Assembly (NCBI RefSeq): GCF_011386835.1
Contig: NC_088805.1
Coordinates: 30,442,001-30,506,000 of the forward strand
Source: Chrysemys picta bellii
Taxonomy: Eukaryota
Length of the DNA stretch: 64,000 nt
Reading direction: 5' to 3'
The translations under genes and the position numbers were made by a program. Within the stretch, counting starts at the first letter, position 1, and each line of letters begins with the position of its first letter. The notes under the pieces were generated by a model. It saw only the letters and a list, made by a program, of their open reading frames with translations. It ran no database searches and was not told the origin of the DNA. This document shows positions 47,203 through 58,600 of this stretch, in pieces.

Positions 47203-47411
47203 ACATGTGTTAACTACTTACGCAAAACAATTTGTTCCACCTTGTATTTAGCTGTGATGCTCTGAGTACCTTTTCCAGCCCTGAAGAAGAGTTCTGTGTA
47301 GCTCGAAAGCTTGTCTCTCTCACCAACAGAAGCTGGTCTAATAAAAGATATTACCTCGCCCACCTTGTGTCTCTAATATCTCGGGACCAACATGGCTCCA
47401 GCAACACTGCA
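47203..47411 (+). mobile_element. Penelope-like non-autonomous element (second family) with hammerhead motif
   Basis: ttaactactta...gttccaccttgtatttagctg...ctgaagaagagttctgtgtagctcgaaagcttgtctctctcacc...aataaaagatattacctc; common reptile repeat recognised from memory. Confidence 0.8.
47277..47316 (+). ncRNA. Minimal type I hammerhead ribozyme motif (sense to ACACB pre-mRNA)
   Basis: AGCC-CUGAAGA-A-GAGUU/cugugu/AGCUC-GAA-AGCU-U-GUCU: intact core, 5-bp stem II, palindromic stem III, stem I with one mismatch. Confidence 0.65.
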
Positions 47412-47439
47412 GACCATAGCTATGGCAACCTGGCCTGGG

Positions 47440-48340
47440 GAGAGGGGTGGTCGCTCAGGTAGGTTTGTCCATGCCATTTAGGGCTCTGTAGGTCATAACC
47501 AACACCTTAAACTCCATCTGGAGACAGATGGGCAGCCAGTGCTAATCCCGGAGCATGGGTGTCACATGGTCCCAGTAAGACGCCTCTGTATTCTGTACTG
47601 ACTTCTTGTCCAAATGATTCTGATGCTGCATAGCCCCGTGTAGAGTGCATTGCAATAGTCTAATCCTGAGGTAACAAAGGCATGGGTGACAGTGGCAAGG
47701 TCAGTATCCAAAAGGAAAGGTCACAACCTCCTAGCCAGATGCAGGTGATAAAAAGCTGATTGGATTCCTGCTGTGATATGGCCATCAAACAGCAGGTGGG
47801 GGTCTAAAATCACTCCAAAGTAGTGAACCCTAGTAACTCATGATGGACACTCTCCCTCAGTCCAAAGGACTGAGATTACCTCTGCCATCTCCTCTGGCTG
47901 CTTCCCCTAGCCCACCACCATCAACTCCGTCTTGTCTGAGTTGAGCTTCAGCCAGCTTGCCCTTATCCATGCCCCAGTCTCAAGTAGATGCTTGCTGAGG
48001 TGCTGAACTTCATCATCCAAGTCAGACAAGCAGAGGTGCTGGGGATGCGGCAGCACCTGTGGCTTAAAGTAATAATAGCAACTGAATGCGTGGCTCCCAT
48101 CACATGTAGGGTTACAGTTTTGTTCGGTGGCTTTCACTATCTAAATTGTTCCAGTGCCCCTGCAGATGGGGTCAAGACAGACAGCTGGGAGTCATTAGCC
48201 TACTGACAACACTGCACCCCAGGCCTCCTACCCGCCCCATACGCACGTTGAACGGGAGGGCTGGCAGGATGGTGCCCTGAGGAATCCTACACTTCAGAGC
48301 TCTCGGAGTAGAGTTGAGCACGTGCCCATGTGTTGACAGG
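47440..48340 (-). mobile_element. Old L2/CR1-clade LINE reverse-transcriptase relic
   Basis: Minus-strand remnants CRIPQGTILPALPFNVRM (GVPQGS-like) and WIRASWLKLNSDKTELMVVG; many stops and frameshifts. Confidence 0.8.
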
Positions 48341-50524
48341 ACCAGGGCCTGCATTTCTCCCAGACCTCACTCCTGTTTGTTTCTGCTCAGTTTTGAAAAG
48401 TAAAACAACATGGGAATTGCTGCTTTTTCAGCAGCACCTCTGGTGGGCCTGGCGCTTTGGAGATGATACCCCGCCTCAAGACGGCTCCATCGTGGGAGGT
48501 GCTGAACTCCTGCCTCCCTTAGTGACGTCCGTAGGGTTTGAGGGTGCTTAGCACCTCATGGGATTGGGCCCTTAGTTGGGCATGGGAAAAGCAGGGGGCA
48601 GAGATCAAAAAGCAGGGGAAAGGGAAGGGGACATGAAGGATGAAGCTTACATAAAGTAAGGGCATGAGGTTTTGTTTGTGCTACTTGTGTGCCATGTGTC
48701 TTGTTCTTATGTTTAATTCTTTTGGATTTAGTGTCAGCAGACAGAGAAGAGTGTGTTTGCATGGGAAGAGATGGGTATCAGTTCAGTACAGGCAGGAAAC
48801 CAAGCCAGGCAGGTTTAGGAGGAGAATTGAAGAGACTGTGGGGGACCGTACCATGAGCTAGCTGGGTTCTGGTGTATTTTGTGGGGTATGATCTTTTTCC
48901 TACCTAATGTGGATGAGGAAATGGACTTCTTAGTCTTGAGGTGCAAATCCAGTGATTCCTTATTCTGTTGTCTGCATGCATTGTATGTGAAAGTGATCCC
49001 GGACCGGGGCGGCAACCTTCAGAGATTGGCAGGGCCCTGGTTTTGTGTCTGAATTTTTCCATTTTAATTTGATTACCCTTTACAGAAAACCTACTTGCCC
49101 AGATCAGAGCAGTAGTTTATCTAGTCAGGAGTCTAGTCTCCTCCAGGGGCAACATCAAATGCTTTAGAGGATGTTACCAGAAACTCCACAACAGAATAAC
49201 TTGACAATAAGCACTTTAACGTACAGATTTTAGTCCCTTCGTGTGGTGAGGTCTGTGTGGAGCCTTGCTGTTCTATTGAAATAAGCATTTCCAGGATTAA
49301 CACTTGTCTATTGCCTTCTCATCTGTGAATGAAAAATTGCGAGGATGAGCAACAGCAAGGTCCAGTGGATCGGAGCTGGGCCTGGCCTGCAACTTCTTTT
49401 CCCATAGCTACCACTGACTTGCTGTATGACCCTGGGCAAGTCACTTCATCTCTCTGGGCCCCTGGTTTCTTTCCCACCCTTTGTCTGTCTTGTCTTTTTG
49501 GTTTGTGAACTTTTGGGGGCAGGGACCGTCTCTCTCCATGTGTTTGTACATTGCTCAGCCCAATGGGCTCTGATCTCACCTGGGCATCCAGGTGCTACCA
49601 CAGTACAGATAGTAACAGTAATAACAATGCTAACCTGCAGGTCAGATCTTGTTAATAGGTAATTACTATAAATCGTCCTGCTGGACTAGAGAGCTTTGAG
49701 CCCATCCCTGTAATGTCCATGAGACACTGTGTTCCTTCCTCGTGTGCTAACTTGTCAGACAGCACGGTTTACCAGGCACCAGTCATTGGCTGTCACAGAA
49801 TATTTTCACAGGATCGGTGTGTCCTGTTTTAAAAATAAACCACATCAGCTTTGCCCCAACACTCAGCGTAATAAAGTCTTTGACATTAGACAGCAGCGGG
49901 AGACCATTGTCCCGTGACATCATTACAGGCGTGGCTAGCTGTACAAAAACATAGAGACAGTCTGCCCCAAAGAGTTTTCAGTCTAGGTAGGCAAAGCATG
50001 GAAGAAAGGCAGGCGCCTTCCCCTTTCCTCCGACATGCAGTCAGAACACCAGGGGCACCTTTGTAACATGCCACAAGCTGCAGGGCTGAATCATTTGCAT
50101 AAAATAGGACACATTTCATCCTTTCCGATCACCCCAAGGGCCTGTGGAGCCTCTGCGTGGCTCGTGATAGAGAATCACAGGCTGGGAGTCAAGGCTGCCT
50201 CGTGGGGGCCCTTGAGGTAGGATTTGTAGATGTGAAGCAGATTATTCATACCAGGTCACGAGGGTTTTGCAAAAGATACTGATAAATTCTGCACATGGAC
50301 CTGCTGGGACCTTTCCCTGAAGTCCTTAAATTGTGAAGGTCTTTCCCGGCCACTCCTGAGCCATGGGGATCATCCTACCCAGGGTGAACAGGCAGAAACA
50401 CAGCACAAACATTGTAAACAAGGAAAAGGGAGCGGGGAAGGGGGAGGAAAGGGAAAAACTTCTAAAAAGAGAGGGGGAGATCTCCTTCCCACCACTCCCC
50501 CCGGTCTTTTAATTATTTGAATTA

Positions 50525-50928
50525 CAGGAGAACCTGAGAGTTACGAACACCTCGGGAATGGAGATTGTTCCTAACTCTGAAATGTTTGTAACTCTGAACA
50601 AAATGTTATGGTTGTCCTTTCAAAAATTTACAACTGAACATTGACATAGTAAAGTTTCAAAGCTATATTATGCAGAAGAAAAATGCTGCTTTTAACCATC
50701 TTAATTTAAATAAAACAAGCATAGAAATAGTTTCCTTATCTTGTCAAATCTTTTTTTAACCCCCCCCCCCCTTTTTTTTAGTAATTTATGTTTAACAGAG
50801 ACTGTACTGTATTTGCATCTTTTTTGGGGGGTGGGGGGGAAGGGAGTCTCTGTTGCCTGATTGCATACTTCTGGTTCCTAATGAGGTGTGTGGTTGACCG
50901 GTCAGTCCATAACTCTGAGGTTCTACTG
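50525..50928. mobile_element. Tigger-like MITE
   Basis: TIRs caggagaacctgagagtta...taactctgaggttctactg; TA on both sides. Confidence 0.88.
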
Positions 50929-51146
50929 TAACTGCTTTTCAGAAAAGTGAATATTCAGTTTACCTCCTCCCCTTCCATCCCAGCCTGAATCCTTGGCATG
51001 TGAGATTTGTAGCGGAGGGAATTGTAATAAATAAATGTTGTTGGCATGAAACTCGCTTGTCCGTATGTCTTGTGCACACAGTTGTCTGTGTCTGCATGCA
51101 GATGGGCTAGACCTATGATAAGGTTTTGTATCTTGGTGGGTGTTTC

Positions 51147-51293
51147 CAGGGCCGGCTCTAGGTTTTTTGCTGCCCCAAGCAACAACAACAAAAAAAGCCC
51201 TCCAGGAGCACAACTGCTGAAGCAAAAAAAAAGGGTGGCCAGAGTGCCGCTTCTGAAATTGTGCTTGGTTTGCTGGTGCCTAGAGCCGGACCA
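51147..51293. mobile_element. hAT MITE (CAGGGCCGGCTC family), degenerate
   Basis: cagggccggctctagg...cctagagccggacc; related to the copy at 4750, opposite orientation. Confidence 0.7.
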
Positions 51294-52626
51294 CAATCCT
51301 ATGGGAGGCTGGTGCTTGCATTCTGTGCCTGGGTAGAGCAATCAGGCTGAGGACTTTACAAATGAGATGGAAATTGACTGAAGCAGTGGTGCACTTATAA
51401 GGATGCCTGGGTCCTTGCCATTTTTCAAATTGACTTTAAAAAAAAAATCTACTTCTGGTAGACACATACTCTTTATATAATATAACCTGGATTTTTCTTT
51501 TAAGTTACGATCTCTTCCCTGATGTTTATAAGGATCTTTTCAGCTAAGAGGAAACTGACATTGCAGGGAAAATTGACTTTGCACAATATTCTGTCAAGTA
51601 CACAAAATGAACAAGCTTAAAAAAACCTAGAGGGAAATAATTTTTCTGCTAACGTCTTTCAGTTCCAGTGTTCTTGGATGGTGCTAGTGACCAGAAGGCG
51701 CCCAGTTTTTAGGGAGAAATGTGATTTTATATTTTTCCCATCCAAGATGACGGTGTCCCTTTCTAAATGTGGCTACACCAAAGTCCTTGTAGATGGACTT
51801 TCATAATAGCCCAAAACTGGGGGTGTTGGCTTAGGATTTAATGTCAAAGTGAATGCACATCTGCTACTTCCATAAGTCACGTAAACTTATTAGACTGTCA
51901 CGTTTCTGTGGGAAAAAGCCAGGGTGTTGACTTGTATTAGCCTATTAGGCATATCTAGGGGAAGCTCAGTGCATAGTACCAGTCAGCTCTTGCCAAAGTT
52001 CTGTTTTTAGGAAGTAAAAATAGCTTGTGCCGTAACAGTGTCTTCAGTTTAGCTATTGCCTGTAAGTACATTGCAGTGCTGAATGAAGGACCAAGCAAAG
52101 AGATTTGTCAGAAGGATTTTGTTGGGTAAAAGATAAAGTAGCTGGCTGCTTTCGGTACTAAATGTTCTTTGGTGTTAGAAATATACCTGAAGATCTCTTA
52201 ACCAGCATTATGCTTCTGTTGTTTATTTTTCACAGGATCTGTGTGGGCGGGAGTGGGGGGATAGGAGGGAGGTCTGTAAGGTCTGGCTGCTGGCGGCTGC
52301 CTTTCGTTCTGTTAATCTAACATACACCACTAACAAACAGCTAATAGAGAATCGTGGTTTTGGAGCAAGGGGGATCTGATTCCTAATCCTTATTGCTGTA
52401 ATACAGTTCCTAGTGCTCTGGGACGATACATACTGGTCGTCTTGACATCTGCTGTGACCACAGAAGTTTTATGGTGTTGTTTTGATCCTGTGGTAGCATT
52501 TCAAATCCAACCAGTCTTTCTCTGTTAGAATGAGTCAGTCCCAGTCCACTTGCTGCCTGTTAGTGTTAACTGAACTAGATCGTGACTTTTATACATATGC
52601 ATCTCTTCATCTTTTAGGGTTTCTGA

Positions 52627-52677
52627 ATGTTACTGCTGGCCCTGTTGTCCTGTCTGATTTTGCTATGGTTTATTTAG
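52627..52677 (+). other. ACACB: ACC2 hydrophobic leader (MLLLALLSCLILLWFI) ended by an in-frame TAG
   Basis: ATG 52627, 16 codons, TAG 52675-52677, then ACC AAA ATG(52684) in the same frame; resembles the human ACC2 N-terminus MVLLLCLSCLIF...KIWGKM. Confidence 0.88.
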
Positions 52678-52683
52678 ACCAAA

Positions 52684-55600
52684 ATGGCAAATTCTCAGCC
52701 CGTTAACCAGCTAAAGTCAGAGACTGAGAGACCTAGTCCTGAGCCGCCAGCAGCCTCTGAAAACAAAGAGAAACCTTCAAAAGGATCAACATGCCAACTG
52801 CAGGAGAGGGCTGTAACACCACCCCAGTCCACAGGGCCTGGCCACACTTCACTGACCTCTGGACAAGTGTCCATGGATGCCTTTCAGCAAGCAGCAAGTA
52901 TGCTTTGGCAACACAAACTTCCAAATATCCCTTCTTCCTCTGACGTGTCAGAGCCGGCACAAGATGTTCCAGCAAACAGTTTAGCAGAGCCTTTATCTCA
53001 AGTTCCGCTTCCTTCATCAAAGCAGCAGATGAAGCTAAAGAAGTCCATCTCCAAGGAAAAGCAGGAGCAGTTTATAGAACGCACTCAGGTACAGCTCAAA
53101 AGGCAAGCGATGGCAAAATTTGTCCTGGGCTCTTTTGAAGATAACTCGTCTGATGATGAGCTGGTACCTGGATCCTTTAAAGTCACTAGCAGAAGTAGCG
53201 TGATGAGCGTTGGTTCCTCCTCCTCTTTTGAGTCCTTTTCACTAACGTCTTCTTCCACAACCATGAGGTAAAGAGCCCTGAGATTTGTTTCCAGTTTCTT
53301 TTGCTCAAAGCTATTTATAAATAAGTGAGGGGGAATGTAAGAAGTAGGAGTCAGTATATAAAATTTAAAATTACCCCCTAAATCCCACCCCACTCCCGGT
53401 TTACTGAAAATTGCTCTTTTTCTTCTAATGAAATTCTGTTTTTAAATGGAAACTTTTTATTTTCCGTTGACAAGATTGGGGTGCTGGAGTTTGAGCAGAA
53501 CCTTGCTAATCCCCACTTCGCTGGTCTGTGCATTTTAGAATTTTGCCCCCAAACACCAGGCAGTCTCTGCCCACATCTTAGCTAGGGTTTAAAAGCAGAG
53601 CCAGCGCTGCTAAATCTAAACCTGAGCTATGCTTCGCAGCAGCTCGTACGCTATGCTTTGCGGAATTGGGGCTTCACTCAATAATTTGCAATTGTCAGTG
53701 CTTCCCAATAGTTGTCCTGGTCACTAGTGCAGATTTGCAAGGTTATGCTGACTTCAAGAGGCTATTTATGTATATTACAGCATTGCAATGTCCAACTTGC
53801 TGGTGCATTAAATCTATTACTAAGTGGACTGGGCAGCTGGGGGATTAATAATGGAATATGGAACTGCAGAGTGTAGTCTGCCCAAATTATCCCCTTCATG
53901 ATAAGCTGGGGTTTTGAGGGGGCTTTCAGGTGAGTTTGGAGGAGTATTTAATACCCCTGTTTGAATTAGAAATGGGCCTGGATCAGGATCCTTGATCTAA
54001 AGAGCTCCCTAGCTGTGATCCTGATGCACATACCCCTCTACCTCGATATAACACTGTCCTTGGGAGCCAAAAAATCTTACCGTGTTATAGGTGAAACCGC
54101 GTTATATCGAACTTGTTTTGATCCACCAGAGTGCGCAGCCCTGCCCCCCGGAACACTGCTTTACCACGTTATATCCGAATTCGTGTTCTATGGGGTCCCG
54201 TTATATCGGGGTAGAGGTGTATCCATCTCTACTTTGACCTAAATGCCACCATGCACAGTATGTGGTTGATTTGGTTTCAAAATGGATATCCAATAATAAA
54301 CTCAGTGCAGCTGTTTGAGGTGGTGTATCCCCAAGAACTGTGTTCAGTGTCTGTGCAGAGAGCTTTCTCCAGAACAGTGCCATAACAGTTCTGAAAGCGC
54401 CTGGTTCGTGCTCCAACAGTGCCACAGCCAAGCAGCTACACTTCACCAGTGTCAGCCTGCTCTTGCCAATGAGCACCTTTGTGACTTTTGTCTGAGGAGA
54501 GATTAGAGAGTTGAAGCTTGGATGCAGCAACTAGAGAGGTCATCCTAGTTCTTGCTCTTACATGACAAGAGGAAAAGATTTCAGCTGAATTGAGGAACTT
54601 AAAATGAGAGAAATAATATAAGGTGTATTTTAACCCTTGGACTGTGATGAGGGATGTGATTGATAAATCAGCTTGACCCTGAGTTGCCCTGCCAACCTTT
54701 GTAGTTTTACAGTTGTGTGTGTGTGTGTGTGTGTGTGTGCTCCCTGACTATGCAAAGGAGAGAGAGAAAGTGACTATACACAAAGTGCTGTCAAAAGCAC
54801 AAAGGAAACATTGCAAAAAATAGATTTTTTTTCTTCTCCTAATCTCTTTCCAAGGTTGTTATAACAGATATTAATTGTAACTGTTTAAAAATATCAGATG
54901 GAAATGTGCTTTTTTTTTTTTTTTTTGGTCCATTGGATGCGCCCCTTTAAACATAGTAACTCAAGTTAAAATCAGACCACTTTTTTCTCCCCTGCTTTCT
55001 CTTTCATTTTGTTTTTTCCTTGTATGCTTGTTGTGTTTTTGTTTTTTCCCCTCTTCAAGCACGCCATCTTTTGGTCTGTGCAAATGTTGCTACCTTGTCA
55101 CTGCCAATAGTCTCCACATGGGCCAAAAATCTGCCCTCAGTTACCCTCATTAATGTCTTTGCATGGAGGTAACTAAGGGCAGAATTTTTCTCACTGGTGG
55201 GAGGATAAGACCATATTTAATACAGGGGATCATCATCATGTATGTTACACTTACCTTAGAGTTTATATCTGTATGGTGCAAAGCAACAGAGAGTGCTGTG
55301 GCACCTTATAGACTAACAGATGTATTGGAGCATAAGCTTTCATGAGTGAATGCCCACTTCATCAGACGCATATCTATCTGTATGGTGTATTTTTGTTTTG
55401 CTCAGTAACGACAGTTTTATTTGGCTGACCTATGGGCATGATTTTCAGACACCTTAAGCACACAGAATGAGTGCACAGTTAATTACAACTGCTTGTGCTT
55501 GCATATGTAATGCCGACAGACCCCGGTCATCAGCGGGCAGGATCGAACCTGGGATCTCTGGAGCTTAGTGGATGATCCTCTACCACATGAGCTAAAAGCC

Positions 55601-58600
55601 AAATGGCTTTTAGGTAAGGCTGTAGAGCAGACTCATTTAACTCTCTCTAAGTGGTCTCCGTGCCACTAGATGGGACAGAACACCACACCCAGAAGGTGTG
55701 TGGATTACACATGCACAAATGTGGCTAGTTAGCCAATTGCCCCTGCAGTGCCTAACTTTTTTTTTTAGATTGGTATACAGTTGTGTTAATTGCTTTGTGC
55801 CTATGTTATCTGAAAGTCTAGTCCCAACTGAGCATTATGGAATTTTAAGGAACTATTTTCAATAATTATTCTAAATAAATTCGCAATGCACTGTCGGGGG
55901 TCGGAGACCTTTACACTTTCTTAGCAGAATCACTTAGGGAGATCTGGGCAGGATTAATTTAAACTCTTTTGCCCTTCTAAACCCTAGTAGAAATACAGCC
56001 TTGTACTGTGCAACTTAACCGTGTTATTCCCTGTTTTTGGACTACACCAAAAGTAATACTTAATTCAGAAATTTCCAACATTATTTGACTGTCTCTGTTT
56101 TGGGCTGGGGAGAGGGACGTTACTCAGACACTAATGAGTAAAATGAAGGCCACCTGTCAGCACTGTTGCTTCGTTTTTTCACTTTGTAAACGTGTGGGTT
56201 CTGAGTGTGTTGAAATGGCTACTGGCTGTTAATAAATGAAGTGTATCCCTTTAAGGAATAGCAATAAGGTGACCTGGGCTGAGCTAGCCTTGAAGCAAAG
56301 GGCTGTTTTCCTTGCATCTTGGATCAGCAGATTATAGCGGTTGTGTGGGGTTTGCTTGCTCTTTAGCTGCTGAATTGTTTTACTTGGTGTCCTTTAGAGG
56401 TAAGCGAGCTTTTAAAACTCTAAATGATAACAATATGCAGATGTGAGCATTCGTGAACTGCGTGTGACCCAAAAGTGGGAGCATGCGCCTTAAGTGATCA
56501 CACTGTTTGACTGTTTGGTGAAACTTGGGGTCTGATCCTGTGAGGTGCTGAGCACCCTCCGTTCCTGTTGACTCCAAGAACTGCAGCACCTTGCCGGGTC
56601 ATGTGCTTAAAAAAAGAAGTCACTGCTAGGAAAGGAGTCATTCAGGTTAGGCTGTTATTTCACCTGTGTGTCAAGGTGAGGGTCTGGGATCCCAAAATGT
56701 TACTTTTGTGTGTGATCTTTGGTGACAGGCTGTGTTCCTCACTCTTATCCATGGAGATGGCCAGGCAGAATTTTACCTGCTGCTACCACTGCTTGGAGAA
56801 ACAATCGCTATCCTTCCTTCGTCAGCAAAGGAAGGAGAGTGGAAGAATCATAAAGCAGAATGAAAATGTTTATATTTACAAATGTGGGAGAAGGTGTGTG
56901 AGGCCTGGTGGCTGGGCCAGGGAGCTGGAATTCCTAGGATCTATTCCCAGCTTTGTCGCCAGCTGCCTGTGATGACCTTGGGCAGGTTCACTTCATCTTC
57001 CTGTACCTCCATTTCTGATGATGCAGATCTAAGTTGCAGGCAGGGTTATGAGGATGAGTGAAATGGTGTTAGTAAATTATCCTGCGATCTGGAGAGAAAA
57101 AGTGCTGGTGTTAATGGAATCAAATCCACAGCTCTCCCTTCGACAAAACACTCAAGAGCAAGAGCTGCAGATTTGGCCCTGATCTGTTACATATTAATTA
57201 ATAACTTATGTTTCTAAAGAGCCTCTCGCTGAGGCATTTGAGGTGCTGAGTGAATGGATGGAACGTGAGACAATTAAAACAGCTTACAAACTAGACGGTG
57301 CTGCCGTTATTGCAGTAATGCGCAGATTATGTGCTTGGAACAAAGTGCCCTCGTTTTAAAAAAGAGGGGTCTTGCCTGGGGTTTGGTCTTAACATTTTGG
57401 GTTGCCTATTGCTAAAAAGTGAGATTGATTAAGCTGTGTGGAGAGGCGGAGGGGGTGGGGGCAGGGGAAGGAGGGGGTGGGATCCATACCCTTGTGGCCG
57501 CTAGAGCAAAAGCTCACCCACCTTACGTGTAAAGAGGGAAGTCACATGCAGTGGCGTTACCAGAGTGCTGATCCTCCCCAGGCACCTTGCCAGGGAGCTC
57601 TTTGGAAGCCAGCAGGACTGATGCTGTCTCTACGGTATCCTTTATCAGCCCTGATGCTCCACCATTAACTTCAGTGGGTGCAGGATCCAGGCCCCAGGGC
57701 ATGCAGGATGGGTGCAACGTGCTCACGGCTGCTTGCAATAGCATTTGTTCCTCTTCCACGGCCTGAGAACAAAGACATGGGTAGGAATAACTTCCCCTGT
57801 CATCCTGTGAAGGGATCATTCATTAAACCCCTTCCCAGTGCTGAGCATCCAGCGTTTCAGCCATAAAACAATGACTCAGATAGACCTATTTGTATTCATT
57901 TACCAGGAAGGGGAACTTGCCCTTCAGATAAGGCACTTTGCTGTGTCAGTGCTTCTCAGTTTCTAGGGCTGGGCTTGCTGTGAAGTGGGATCTGGAGTCA
58001 GACATGGACTCCTGCGAGGTGTTTGATTGGGGTTTGGACCCAGAGTGACAGTTCAGGCCCCGCTCTGCTCATTGCATTTGTTCTTGCTCTGCATGTAAGT
58101 TGTCATTGACATGAGCTGGCGCCCTGCTCTGGTATGAGCCCGTTATACATAGCGCTGTGATAAGGCTGATAGGAATAGATTGCAGCATGAAACAAAAATA
58201 AAATCCAATCTTTCAAATCCCTATTCTAACCCACTTCTGGAAGAACTTAACCAACGTTTCATGGCTAAGCTGGACAGAGGTCTTCATTTGTTTATGTAAT
58301 TATAACGTTCACTAAAAGGTAGCAAATGACTTTGTCCATAAAATCATATGGACTTGATTCTCTTTCTCCCCTGCCCTTTGCATGTTGTCCGTTGTCTTGG
58401 TCTGTAAGCTCTTCAGAGCGGAGACCATGGCTCACTTTGTTCATGCACCACATTGGAAACACCTGCTTTGATACAAGTTTGTCAGTCCAACCCAGTCAGG
58501 AAATGCAAATGTTCAGGCTCCAGGTCAAGGTGATGTCTCTGCCTTTCACATACGCTGTGTAGTAAGGGTAGAGTTGGGTTCCTCCCCCCTACTCCCACCC

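Noticed and set aside
55531-55600. Genuine tRNA gene
   Set aside because: A and B boxes are present but the acceptor and anticodon stems do not pair, and it lies inside a TG...CA repeat with a TSD.
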